Positions 23,312-36,315 of a stretch of 64,000 nt of DNA are shown here, in pieces. The position numbers and the translations under genes are program-made. Location: assembly GCA_951406725.2 (NCBI GenBank), contig OX597817.1, positions 107,074,001 to 107,138,000 of the forward strand, in the 5' to 3' direction. Position 1 is the first letter of the stretch, and each line of letters begins with the position of its first letter. This stretch comes from Octopus vulgaris. Taxonomy: Eukaryota. A model generated the notes under the pieces. It searched no databases, had not been told where the DNA came from, and was given only the letters and a program-made list of their open reading frames with translations.

Positions 23312-23527
23312 TGGGGTGTATATGTTTGTGTGTCTGTGTTTGTCCCCCCCAACATCGCTTGACAGTTGATGCTGGTGTGTTTACGTCCCCGTAACTTAGC
23401 GGTTCGGCAAAAAAGAACGATAGAATAAGTACTAGGCTTACAAAGAATAAGTCCTGGGGTCGATTTGTTCGACTAAAGGCGGTGCTCCAGCATGGCCACA
23501 GTCAAATAACTGAAACAAGTAAAAGAG
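23113..23527 (+). mobile_element. Family A CORE-type SINE, near-consensus young copy
   Basis: A-box-like gtgtggtaagtagc, B-box gggttcagtccc, CORE-like ggcaccttgggcaagtg, internal (TA)n, CpGs intact. Confidence 0.9.
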
Positions 23528-24299
23528 TTTTGTAAATTTCACCCAGTTGAATTTTGTTTCATGTTACATTACTTTCGTTTGTACCGAAGGTCAAGGACGT
23601 TTGAAAATGAAACCATTGAGCATGACTATTTTTTTCGTACCAGCTTTTGAGCATCCCCCCCGGAAGAAAAGTGTTTGAGTAGGTTTAAGTGATGTGGTAA
23701 ACGAATATCAAGTTCAAAAGAGCAGAGACAATTGAAGAAACTATAAAAATTCCCTGAGAAGAAACAGTTTTACTTTAACAACTAAATAAAGAGTTAATAA
23801 ATAAGCGTGCGTGTAAAGCTGTACAATTTCTATGCGAGTAATTGTGTGTCAGCAATAATCTAAACAGAATAAAAATTAAAAATTAAGTTATGCGATCAGA
23901 ATATATCAAAATTTCGAGGAGGAAACTTTCTTTGAAAGCCTAATCTTCTTCTATTTTTATATTGATGAAAAGAAAAGCAAAGTGCCATGGTGTAGTCCAA
24001 TTAAAATTTTTATGAAAGCTGACCTAATTTTTTCCAAAACTGAAGTTAAGGTTATTTAGAAACATTTAATCTACGTAGATGTTTTCCCAAAAATAAGGTC
24101 TCTTCATTTTCATTTCACTTATGTTAGTGATGGCCCTTCCGTGCCCACCCATTAAGACAATCATCATACAAACTAATTTGTAATGTTTCGGCTTTACAAT
24201 AAGATCTAAATAAGAATACAGGAGTTAATAAAAATTGCTTTATTTTATACATCAAATGTATAAAATAAAATAGAAAGGGGAAAATAGAACCGGTTTCCT

Positions 24300-24730
24300 G
24301 TTTTTTTTACTAATATTCAACAAATTTTAATTAAGCGACGAGCACACAACTTGTACATGTCCTAATAAATCTTTCTGAAAGCTTTTTGTTTTAAGTAAAG
24401 CAAAGCAAAATAATATAAGTACAAAAAATGCCCACGTGTTGCACGATTACATAAACGCAAACAATGTATATACCAGTTGAGCATAATGATAAGAAATTTC
24501 CAAAAATTTAGAATCGGAAGATTGATCTAAATGTTTCTACACCATCAGCAGCAACAATTTACCCAAGACAGACAGTGGCGTCACCTAGCAGACGTTATTT
24601 CAACACAAGGTGAATCCTGAAGGACGTCCGTTCAACCAGCGACTTGCACTGTTGTAGTAGGCAACTAGACACGCTCCTACACACACTTAACCATCAGACC
24701 TTCTGTTTAGTACTACACTTTTTTCCAACC
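24300..24730 (+). promoter_or_regulatory. Putative COX17 promoter / 5' UTR
   Basis: Repeat-free, CpG-retaining region directly upstream of a Kozak-like ccaaccATGG. E-box cacgtg at ~24433. The TSS cannot be determined from sequence. Confidence 0.55.
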
Positions 24731-24825
24731 ATGGCTGATGAAAATCCTGCAGAAGAAGTAGCTGAAACTCAAAAGCTAAAACCATGTTGTGCTTGTCCGG
24801 AAACAAAAAAAGTCCGCGATGCATG
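24731..24825 (+). CDS. COX17: Cytochrome c oxidase copper chaperone COX17, coding exon 1
   Basis: [31 protein letters not shown]+TG contains the diagnostic [10 protein letters not shown] motif. Donor GTATGT at 24826 splits the Cys codon (phase 2). Confidence 0.97.
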
Positions 24826-25538
24826 GTATGTTGTTATTTAAATTGTGTGCAAAGTAAACTAATATTCTTTTTGACATAAAAAAAAAAAATCATTAACTTT
24901 CCTTGAATGTTTCGTTATACATGTGGTTTTGTTTTTGGGTATATATCGGTTATTTACATAGTTTTTAATCAGATTTTGAACGTTAATTACCATTACGTAA
25001 AATGCAATATTCGTTTTAAATATAAACTGCTGCCGGATAACTAAACACGTTGTATTCTGCTCCGCTGTTTCGATCAAACAGTTAATTAAAACCTCTGTCT
25101 ACTAGTAATATTCTCACAATAAAAAGAATACTTTTTCTTCCTTTCTGAAATCGGGTTTTAACGAACTGGATATTTTAAAAAAATGTGACACTGTTAATTT
25201 GTTTATTTTATGTGATCGGCGTGTTGTTTAACTTTCGTAATTTTATCTAAGCATGTACTTTCATGTTTAAAGCCAGTTTCACTATCTCAACAAATTATTT
25301 CACGTTTTTGTTCTAACTAGCGACTTTTGTAAGTCTTCAGGTCGCATTCAATTTATATATCCATTTTTCTATATTTATTCGCTATCTTAGGACGGCATGA
25401 TTCCTGCAACTAAGCATTAGCATTAATATGGTTAAGATTTGAGGTCACATGTACTATAACTAAAGTACATGTGCAGTAATATGGCTGAAGGAAAATATCT
25501 CAAAAGTGCATATTAAATACAAATACTGTAGGGCCTCA

Positions 25539-25595
25539 CGTATATAGTATAGAATGTTGAAAAGCTTCGTATATAGTATAGAATGTTGAAAAGCT
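25539..25595. repeat. Exact 28-bp tandem duplication (29-bp period)
   Basis: cgtatatagtatagaatgttgaaaagct at 25539-25566 and 25568-25595. Confidence 0.95.
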
Positions 25596-25790
25596 AAGTG
25601 AAATTATCCAAGTAATTAGTAAACAAATAAAAACTTTCTGGTTTTGTTTTTAATTTTGACAACAAACATGAAAGATAACTCTAATAAGATCAGTTATTCG
25701 ATATTAACATGTTCCGGTCTTATTATATCTCCTTAGTGAATCATATTCTCAATGATAATATCAACAAGTTGGCCATGAAAAATACGTGTA

Positions 25791-25841
<51 letters not shown>

Positions 25842-25855
25842 AGTACTCACCCTGA

Positions 25856-25908
<53 letters not shown>

Positions 25909-26199
25909 TTTTAATGTTCTAGGTTTTTATTTGCATGCTACAGAGTAAAACGTATTATTTCTTGCCTCAATATCTATTATCAAATGTTTTGATGTGTTTT
26001 ATAATAGATTCCCCATCACTTGTACATAAGCATGTTCCAAGCAAAATAAGCTTAAGAATCTGTGAAATACTAATTAGGTTAGTGTAAGTTTATATTTTAT
26101 ATGTAAAAAAAAAAAAATAATAATATTCTGAAAATAAAAGGCTTTAAATTTATCCAACTGTCTTTAACCAATGAAGCTAGAAAAATTATTGCTAAAACA

Positions 26200-28050
26200 A
26201 TAATATCTATGATAAGAAATACATATTTGAAAAAAGAAATTTCTATTAACAAAGTAAAGATGCTTAAGAAATTTTTCAGTTATGTGACTATCAAACTTAG
26301 ATATATCTATCCTGTCAATAAAATCCAATATGTATTTGAAATAATCTGGGATAATGTTTGAAAACAAAATGTCTCTAACTGTTACATAACTCAGTACCTG
26401 CAATTCTAACATTTCTAACACAATTAGGTTATGAAATAATGGATGACATATTTACTGGTGATTCTTTCAAATTTTATGCTTTTAAAAATTTCAAAATGAA
26501 ACCTGCTTGTAGACCTGATAATATTCCACTTTTGTTCATTAAACATTGTGGTTCTACATTTAGTAAGCCTTTTAAGGATCCTATTTAGAAAAGTTCTGGA
26601 CAGTAAAATGTTTACCGGATATCTGGCATGATTCTCATGCATATTTATAAAAAGGGGTTCCCAGTCAGACATTAACAATTACTGCCCTATGTTACTAACA
26701 TGTGTTCTCTGTCATTTGTTTGAAATGAATTTGCATGGAAATATAATACTAGTGTGGTGCACAATAATTTATTGAACATTTTCTAACATAGATTTAGTTG
26801 AGAATATTTTATTCTTACAAACATGATAGCACTATTGTTTCTGAGTCGTTTATTTTCTGACTATTGCTAAATGAGATCTCTTAAAAGCATTTGATTGTGT
26901 CGTTTATACTGTCCTACTTGAAAAGCTTCAGTTGACATTTGGTATTTCTGACAAAGTATTGAGGCTGTTCAAATTAGCCTCTTAGTTACCTGTGACTTCT
27001 GATGTTCCTCAGGGTAGTGTGGTTAGACCAAAGTGTTTTATTTTGTGCATAAATGTCAAAGTTATAAAAATGAAATGTAAATATATATAATTGATGAAAT
27101 CAATACAAATGAAACGTAAAAATATTTCAGATGTACTTTTAACACTTTTGTTACCATGTTCCTATTGAAATATTCCTGCTTTTGTTTCAATTACTTTTAA
27201 AAATAAAGAAGAATTTATTAAAATGACTTGGCAGTTACTAAGCTGGTGTTAGGTTTATATTAACATATAATGTTAATGGAAGGTTTCAATTTAGGTAATT
27301 TTAAAACATGCAATTTCTATGATAGAACCTAGGGGCATCTGATGCAATTTGGTATTAAAAGGGTTAAAATGATTTCTCTTAAACTTTGATCTGCTAACTG
27401 GTTAGAAGTTCTGTCAACAAATGTATTTTGCTGCTGTTTTTGTTTCTAAATCTCTTTTACAACCTCATATTTTCCTTGGTTGTCTCAATTGCCCTTGTGA
27501 AGGATAAAAAGGACTTGGGAGTTACAATGGATGGCAATTTCAAATTTACTAAGCATACTTCTAACATTGTTAATGAAGCATATAATTGTATATATATTAC
27601 TTTTAACTTCAATTTTTCAGTCATGCAAATAAAATATGAATTATATTCCTTTTTACTTTCTTTGTTTGTATTTTCTGGCCTCCATAATTAATTGATAAAA
27701 TAGATGTATATGAAAGGTTCTGAAAACATTTCACTAAATGCCTTCCTAGTTTTGAAAATATCATTTACAAGCAATGTTTAGAAAAAAATTAAACCTGTTC
27801 TTATTGGAATTGGCATGCATCATGAATGACTTAGGGTTTGCACACACAATGTTGTATAACAAAGTCTAATTTTTCATTTCTGAATACTATTCTTTGTGAA
27901 ATAAAATGTTCACAAACATGGACTGGTACCTCCATCCACATACAATAATCCTTGTCTTCATTAGTTTACCAGCCATGTCCGAGAAATATGTAAATATTCA
28001 ATTTGATAATAATGATAATTGACATTTCAAAGATTTGTTGAGGTCATTAA
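26200..28050 (+). mobile_element. Degenerate CR1-like LINE in COX17 intron 1
   Basis: PDNIP..IK, IYKKG..DINNYCPMLLT, DLLKAFD, VTSDVPQGSV and KDLGVTMD..FKFTKH motifs occur in order. Interrupted by a MITE. Confidence 0.75.
27143..27363 (-). mobile_element. piggyBac-derived MITE (~220 bp)
   Basis: TTAA on both sides, termini cacttttgttac / aaaaggg. Related to 33875-34091 in the opposite orientation. Confidence 0.8.
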
Positions 28051-28429
28051 GTCTCAATATGTAAAGGCATTTTATTAACTAAGGTCATTTTAAAAATTTT
28101 ATTGAAATAGGCAAAAATTGGCTTATAAATTTGTGCCTATTACACTAATTTTATCAGTCTAGTATTTTATTTACTTTTGTAATTTTTTGTTTTTCACAAT
28201 TTTGATATCCTGGTAATTTTATTATTTTGACTGGAATTTGTTTTTGGTGGTGTTATTAGAATACATTAATTGGGCTTTGCTTATTCTCAGGCTAAATTTT
28301 GATTCAATTTTTTTCTGTCTTTTTATTAAAATTAATTTTTCAATCCATTAACATATATTTATTTAAAAAGAAAAGATTAAGGGAATAATTTAGTTTACTG
28401 TTACAATATTTTAAGTAATTTATTTATCA

Positions 28430-29365
28430 TTGTATGGTGAGGGTGAGTGTAAACTGTTTATCCATCAACTCTATTCTTGAATTATGCTATGTAGTATTTA
28501 GTTTGAAATTACTAAATCAACACAAACCTTACAAATAAGATTTGTCAGATAAGACATTTGATATTGTTATGAATTTCTTGTGTTTTTGTAATACATCTCG
28601 ATGCTTTTCACAGATCAGAGAAAATTTCACTTTCCATATACCACTGGCTTATCTCTTATCTGCAGAGTTTAAGAGGATCAATATATTGATAATTCCTGTT
28701 TTCCTCTAGTAAGCTGGTCAGTTATATTTTCAAACTATCCACAGGCTAGCATTTGCACTTTAGAAGAGAAAAATCTCTATAAACAACTGTTGTTGCTCAA
28801 TAACTTTAATTGCAATATCCACATTATATATGATCACTTAAGCTTCATTATCTGTTAAATGGTTATTTGTTTTGCCTGCACCAGTTTCAGATCAGCTTTA
28901 ACTATTTTATTATCAGCCTTCCAAGCATTATTCTGCTTTATATCTTATTGCCACTAATTTGGAATAATAATTTATAGCTCGCTCTTTATTAGTGCTTCAT
29001 CTTTTGTGTCTTTGAATATGCTGTACACTGTGGTATGAAACAACTGAGAAGCTGTATAAAATAATCTATACATAAATCTCTTAAAGTTCTTCCTATTTAA
29101 TATTTATCTTGTCTTGACATTTCCAGTGTTTTATCAAAATATTTTTTCTCATTATTTACAATGTTAATTTTATTACATTTTTTTATTGTCTTTAATAAGT
29201 TGAAAATAAACCATTTTTACTTCAGTTCTCAGAGTACAAATATTTTTTAATTTTCATAACATTTTAAAACATAAAAAATTTTGTGAGTTTTATTAAAAAT
29301 ACTCATTTTATATTAATTTCAAATGGATAATACTGTATTTGCTTTTCACTCTCTCCATATTGTTT
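28430..29365 (-). mobile_element. Possible very old Tc1-like relic
   Basis: Only faint remnants on the - strand (TTVYS, IMW-like) and weakly similar ends. Confidence 0.25.
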
Positions 29366-30372
29366 TAATGTTCTTTTTTTTACCATGTTGGCATGGGTTG
29401 TCAGAGTCAGCAATACAGCATCATCTTTGAATGCATCTTGATCTACTTAATCGCAAGTCTGCTTTGGTCTTCTTTCATTATTTCAGGACACTTTTCCACT
29501 TAACATGCATTAGCTGTTAGTATTACATACTTTTAACAGTGTAGTCATCTCTCAAGAATATATTTCTCTATTGCACTCTGTGTTTCCTTTAAATCCAATG
29601 GACTGATCCATTCATTGCCTTACTGCATCACATTTCATGAATATGCTTCCTTCTTATATTCTGGCTTTGACACAATTGTTTCTTGAATTCCATACTACCA
29701 CCAGCTCTACACCAAGTAGTAATAAGGTCACCTAGGTAATGAAACTTATCTTTTAACAGTTGACCTTCATTTCACTCATTACTTACATGCTGCTAAACTT
29801 TTCTGGTGATTCTGAGCCTTGATTATTTTATCAGATCACAGCATATTCTTTTCATGTAATATTTTTATATTGTTAGAACTTGACAGATCAAGTTACTAAC
29901 TAGTACTTCTTTAGTCTTTGCTATATATTTGTTAAGCTTTTTAACACAATACATTCTTTGAAATGATTCTGCAATGTCAATCTGATGTCATACAGAAGTT
30001 TCTCTGTATATCTAGTCATGTGTGCTATGCACTAGAATGAAGAGCAAAAAACTATGCACAGAGTTTTAGGCTGCAGCTTGTAAACTATATTTATCATTTG
30101 AGTGCATTCATAAAGCTGATCTTAAATTTTGCATCTTCACATAACCTGAAGTGCTCTTTCTCTGTCTCTCTCTTGTGTATATACTCACAAACACCTGTTC
30201 AGCTACACCTGGCATTCCCATTACCTATGTGTCTGTTGAGTGTGAGTCTTTATCAGAGGACTTATGTAGGTTGGCAAATGCCTCAGTTGGCTACATTTTT
30301 GCAATTACCTTTATAGAAATTTAGATTTTGTATCCTATGTCCTGCTACGAGAACAAAAAGACAATACTGCAA

Positions 30373-30830
30373 CCATCTCTCTCTCTGTCTCTCTGTCTAG
30401 CTATCCACCTCTGTTTGTCTGGCTATTTATCTTTTGTGTACTTCTCTCTCTCTGCCTCTGCCTGTCTCTCTGTGTCTATTTATCCTCCTATGTCTTGCTG
30501 TTTACCTTCTGTGTACCTCTCTCTCTCTCTCATTCTGTCTGTATGTCTGTCTCTCTACTCACCTCCATTTTCTCTCTCTTTCTCTCTCTCTCTATCCACC
30601 TCTGTCTGTCTGGCTATTTACCTTCTGTGTACCTCTCTCTGTATCTCTGTCTAGCTATCCACCTCTCTTTGTCTGGCTATTTGTCTTTTGTGTACTTCTC
30701 TCTCTCTGCCTGTCTCTGTGTCTATCTTTCCTCCTCTGTCTTGTTGTGTACCCTTCTGTCTCTCTGTCTACCTTCCCCTGTATGTCTGTCTCTCTACTCA
30801 CCTCCATTTTCTCTTCTCTCTCTCTCTTTT
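30373..30830. repeat. Pyrimidine-rich (CT/CTGT) compound repeat with ~250-bp internal duplication
   Basis: ctctgtctagctatccacct at 30391 and 30645. ctgtatgtctgtctctctactcacctccatttt occurs twice. Confidence 0.9.
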
Positions 30831-33144
30831 TTTTTTTTATTTAGAGTAGAGATGAGAAAATAGTGAGGAACATGTAAAATATATCTTTAAAAAAAGTTCT
30901 TTAAGCTAAACAAATTTCACAAATGTGAGGTTGTTATGGTAGCAGTCCTTCTTTACCTTCCACTTCATTCTAACATTCTGAAGTAGGGCATTGTTGCTGT
31001 CTTATAAACTTCAAACAAGTTTAATCCTTTTTCTGCTTCTGACTGTCTTTTTGTCACACTTTCTGCCTGACTGCCGTCAATCTAGTTTACTATACTATTG
31101 CACTCTGTGGGTTTAATTGCCTAATAATTGGCTTACAATTATCATCAATCTTCAATGAAACGTTTCTTCATATTAAAAATTTCCAGTTGTGATCTTGCTA
31201 TTCTTTATAATAAAACAATCTTTTATTGAACATGAATTTTATAACTCTTGTTGCTGTATTTAGTTCCAGGCTGATCTCTGATCAAAGGTATTCCAGTTGT
31301 CACTTATTTTCTTTACTAGGTATACTGTCTCCCAAACTGTATTGCCCAATGTGTGCTTTCCTTTTCTTAAGACAGAGTATGACGTGAAAATTTGATTGCT
31401 ATCTCTAGCAGTTTCAGCTGTGTATTGGCTTAATGTATCAAGCTTAGACATGTTCACAGATGAAACTTGCCAAAATATTTTCTGATGTTTTTTCTTTCAT
31501 TATAATAGGCTATTGGGCTGTTCTTTTTGGGGTAACTGAAAGCCAATTTAAATTTGCTTTTCTTAAGTATACAAAATTATGTCTATGATGGAACTTGATT
31601 TTGATTTATATTTAAGGACACCTATTTAACAATTCAGTAACTGTATTTCATGACAAAATCGCTACTCATTATTTGTAGCTGTTGATTCCTCAGTATGCAA
31701 TTTGTAATGTGGTTGATAGGCAAGCAAGTTCCATCAATGGGCCGGTTGATGTTTTATGAGTGCATGCTTATGCATTTCATTAAGAAGTTCTCTGCAGTCA
31801 TGTGGCTCCAGTTTTCAATCCTATTAATATTTGCATCTTAAGCATAGCCTTCAGTTGATCTAAGCCTTATCAGTGAAATTGGGTAGACATAGCTTGCAAA
31901 ACACCATCCAATGGCCTGTACCTGCTCTTAGATGATGATTACAATTCATTTCCTATTTTAATGCCATCTTGGAACTTTTATGTGCCTAAATCAAGCCATA
32001 ACATACTATGGAACCTGGTGCAGCCCCTGGCCTTACCAGAACCTGTCAAGCTGTCCAACCCATGCCAGCATGGAAAATGGATGCTAAATGATGATGATAT
32101 ATTTATGTATGAGAGAGAGAGGTTGGGCAGATCTTTTCTAGAATACTGTCTTGCTGCTTGTTGTAGTCTTTAATCATCTCCTTTGGAGGTTCAGCCTGCT
32201 AGTGTGGTGTAATTTGCTAGGGTTTATCAATTTGGATTGATTCAGCTTGATATTAAAGAGGACCTCAAAGTGTAAATCACAGATATTTGCTCTTATATTT
32301 TAAGCTCATATCTGAATTGGTAGAACTAGCCAACCCATGTTTGCATTGAGAAAGAAAATTTAAGAAAATTGTTTGGAAGTAAGATTCTATGATTCTGCTA
32401 TTGGGTGGCTTATATTGGAAGCTCAAATCTAATAACATAGAGATGAGCAAAAGTAATTCTTTTTTATTTGGCAATTACCATCCTTTTGAACAAGTGTCAT
32501 TCAAGGAGTTTATTCGTAGCCACTTGATCAATTAGAAATTGCAATCAAATGCTCCACATCACACCCTTACTCTATTGTCTTTGAAAGAAAGAATGTATAA
32601 GATAATGTCAAGAAAGTATAGATAGAATGGCCAAATTGGAATGCCTTAGGTCATAGATTTGCTCATCTGGCTGACCTGTCAATATTGTGAAGAACTAGAT
32701 GCCAACCCATTTAACATGGAATCATGTTGCCCATGATTCCAAGTCTTGCAACAGTAAAGGCTGTGTGAAGCCTGTTGAGTGTCTTTGGTGATCTAGCTAT
32801 GGCATATGTACAATAAGTATAAGAATGTGCTTAACATCATTGTAAAGTGGAATGGAACATTAATGACTGAAGAAAAATGTCTGGGGACATCTGCTGCATG
32901 AATTTTTGTTAGTAAAGTGGATCCTAGTATAGTTGTAGTAAGCCAAAAAAGTTTTAAATTGCACTCTTAGTGATGAGAACAATCATTTGTTACTACATTT
33001 CTGTTGAAATAACTGCCTTTATTTCATTTAATTTTGGAAGTAATGAAGAATTTAGTAAAAATAAATTTGTAACTTCTAAGCTAGTATTTGGAACATAAAT
33101 TAACATTAAATTTTGATGGAAGGTATTAATTTAAATCACTTTAA

Positions 33145-33364
33145 CCCTTTAGCTATCAGATTACTCTGTCAAATGTTCTGCATACTTATTCACATTGTTT
33201 TGAATTAATCATGCATTATGTCATAGATTCGAGATTTTGATGGTGTGGTTGTTTATTTTTAGAATGACATTGTTTGGTAGGTGTGAGAGGCTGGATCTGG
33301 CCAGTTTGAACAAAAAACAAGTAGAATATTTTGACTGGATGTGGTCAGTTTAAATACTAAAGGG
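33145..33364. mobile_element. piggyBac-type MITE (second family), nested in an older MITE relic
   Basis: TTAA|ccctttagc...ctaaaggg|TTAA. Homologous to 49929-50410. Confidence 0.85.
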
Positions 33365-33561
33365 TTAAAACATAGAACCAGGGATAATCTCAGACTGTAT
33401 TAAAAAAGTTAAATGACTAATTCTGATAGAAAAGCAGAAGAAATAACCCCAAGATTCTAATTAATTTAATATGGAATGCAATGGGGATTGAGTCTGGTCT
33501 TTAACAGTATAGTAACGATGATGGAGTGGTTTCAGTTGTTTTGAATCTCTTTAATAAAGCA

Positions 33562-33777
33562 GGTGGCAAGCTGGCAGAAATGTTAGCATGCTGAGCGAAA
33601 TGCTTAACAGTATTCTGTCTGTCTTTATATTCTGAGTTCAAATTCTGCTGAGGTTGACTTTGCCTTTCATCCTTTTGGGGGCGATAAAGTAAGTACCAGT
33701 TGTGTACTGGGGGTCATTCTAATCGATTGGCCCTTTCCCCCAACATTTTGGGTCTTGTGCTGAGAGTAGAAAAGAAA
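33562..33777 (+). mobile_element. Family B SINE
   Basis: Full head, central domain and tail. Two more copies in tandem at ~35191-35395 and 35412-35615. Confidence 0.85.
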
Positions 33778-33874
33778 AGGAATCTCTTTAATAAAGCATG
33801 AGACTTAAATACGTTTGCAGTTGTGACTGGACTGCTAAAGAGCAGACTCACCAGTCACTGTATTTCCTATTTAA

Positions 33875-34091
33875 CCCTTTTGTTACCAACCCGGCTGAAA
33901 CTGCCTCTGACTCTGTAGTGCAAATGTTTTGTTTTCATATGTTTTGAACTGAAGTCTTTCAACAAACCTTAGTCACAATTTATGTTCCTAATACTAGCTT
34001 AATAATAGCTAAGTTGTTTTGCTAAATTCTTTGTTATATTTAAAGTAATTGAAAGAAACACAGAGCATCTCGAAATACAGCAATGAAAGGG
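33875..34091 (+). mobile_element. piggyBac-derived MITE (217 bp)
   Basis: TTAA|cccttttgttaccaac...gaaaggg|TTAC. Ends match the element at 51451-52522. Confidence 0.85.
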
Positions 34092-35703
34092 TTACTTAAA
34101 TTTTGTGGTTAACTTCCTAGTTTTTTTCCTTTTTTTACTAGAATTAATCCTTTACAAAATGATTGTTTGCATCAAGAGTGTAATGTTAATCAAGCTCTCT
34201 TGGTTTATTACATCAAATACACTAGCACCCACCTTATAGTAAAGTGAAGCATTGATATATAAAATAAACACAATGCAATATATTCTGTTTATAAATAGTG
34301 AGGGGAAATGTGAGAAAGACAAAAATCTCTTAGTAGTACAGTGTACGATGCTGTGACATAAGGCTTTTGTAAGTTGGTGTTTGAAGGGTAGTGTAGATAT
34401 GAAGGTTAATAAGAAATTAATCTACCAGTACTTACTTGAAAAAAACCAAAAAAAACTACATTATTATTTATTTCTTAACTGCATTCACTATTTGAATTTT
34501 GGATATCTTTTTGTTAAATAATCTTCATTTATTGAATGAATAACATCATTAACACATGAACAGGAACAAAGAGAATAACTGATGATCATAGTCTTAAAAA
34601 GATAAGATCATTCTCATGTTAATAAAGACTGGTAATGATTGATTATTGTATAAATTTTCTTTCCTCTGTATTTTTTGTTACTTTTTTTCCCCTTCATATT
34701 TATGTAACATTTTTCTTTTTATAATTGTTTTATTGATTTTAACATAGCAGTGAGATACACTCAGTGTCAGTTTTTATTTTATTCCGTTTGGTAGGAAATG
34801 TTTGTCTTATCATTTTCCAATTCCCCTCTGTTTTCTAATGCTTAAAGTACATGGTACAGTTAATGTGGTTAACTATGGCAAATGTGAAATATATCCTGTC
34901 TACCAAGTATAATTATGTACTCTCTCTCTTCCCCAGGAAGAAAGAACAAATTCATTATATAAGTATCCCATACTCTTAAACATTCTAGATCAGATTGTGT
35001 TTTTTAAGAATGTTAGGAGAAATTTATTCTTCATGTTGAGTTTTTTAATCTTTAGTTTCTTTCTGTTGAGAAGTTGTGTGTGATGCAAATTTCTTTTCAT
35101 AGTCTACTTTTAGATTCTCATAAGAGTAGGGTGTAACTGTAAATGTGCTACACATTCAAGTAGAAATTATTATCATCACTAGTGGTAGTAGGGCAGTGAG
35201 CTTACAGAATTGTTAGTATGTCAGACAAAATGCTTAGCAGCATTTTATTTCTTTACATTCTGAGTTCAAATTCCACCAAGGTCATCCTTTTTGGGTTAGT
35301 GAACTAAGTACCACTTGCACACTGGGGTCAATGTAATTGAATAACCTCCTCCCGGAAAATTGGTGGCTTTGTGCTTACAGTAGAAAGGATTATTAATATT
35401 ATTAGCAGTAAAGGCAGTGAGCTGACAGAATTGTTAGCACACTATTCAAAATGTTTAACAACATTTCATCTGTCTTTATCTGCTGAGGTCGACTTTGCCT
35501 TTCATCCTTTCAGGGTTGATGAAATAAGTACCAGTTGAACAGTGGGGCAATGTAATCAATTTACCCCTACCCCCACCGAAGCTGCTGGCCTTCTGCCAAA
35601 ATTTGAAATCAATATTAGTATTTGAAAAGTTCAGTAGTTATTTAGAGATGATATAAAAATTTTTTTAAAATAAGACTGAATAAATATTTCTTTCTAATTC
35701 CAG

Positions 35704-35788
35704 CATTGTAGAAAAGGGTGAAGAACATTGTGGTGATCTGATACAAGCACACAAAGATTGTATGAAGAAGATGGGCTTTGACATTTGA
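35704..35788 (+). CDS. COX17: COX17 coding exon 2 (not in the ORF track)
   Basis: Acceptor tttctttctaattccag ends at 35703. C+[27 protein letters not shown] completes the split Cys codon in frame and the twin CX9C motif (C22-C32, C41-C51), giving 59 aa in total. Confidence 0.97.
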
Positions 35789-36144
35789 CCAACAATTCTC
35801 ATGTAGATAACTTTTTTGTAATTTTTCTGTCATTGGTAAGTTTTATGTAAAAACCTGTACAATTAATTCTTTCAGTAAAATGCTAATTGCAATGACTTCA
35901 ATTTTATTATAAAGCAGTCATGTATTTATTTCCCTGCATGATGAGCATATGTGTGCACGTGTGTGTGCACTTAGGTTTGGTAGGCCAAACAGGAGAGAGA
36001 CAATTCAAAACATGACTATGTATCCTTATTTTTTTTTGGTTTCCAGAAAGTTATAAAAGCAACTAGAGCGGAGTTTTGTGTGGCAATGAAACTCTTGCCC
36101 TTTGAGTCATGTTTGTAGCTTTCTGCTAATTAAAGATAAAAAGG

Positions 36145-36315
36145 TGTATGTGGTATATATATATATATATGTGTGTGTGTGTATTTCTGTGTAAATATAT
36201 ATGCACGTGTGTGTGTATTTCTGTGTAAATATATATGCACGCGTGTGTGTATGTATGTGTATATATGTGTATACATATATATATATACATACATACGTGT
36301 GTGTGTGTGTGTGCA
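36145..36315. repeat. (TA)n/(TG)n compound microsatellite with a ~34-bp duplicated unit
   Basis: gtgtgtgtatttctgtgtaaatatatatgcac occurs twice. Confidence 0.9.

Noticed and set aside
24644-24841. 65-aa ORF in the track taken as the full gene
   Set aside because: It starts at a non-ATG codon upstream of the Kozak ATG (24731) and runs past the splice donor at 24826. The real CDS is spliced.
24845-24851. Metal-response element (TGCACAC on the - strand) near COX17 exon 1
   Set aside because: A single degenerate 7-mer is expected by chance in TG-rich DNA, and there is no cluster.
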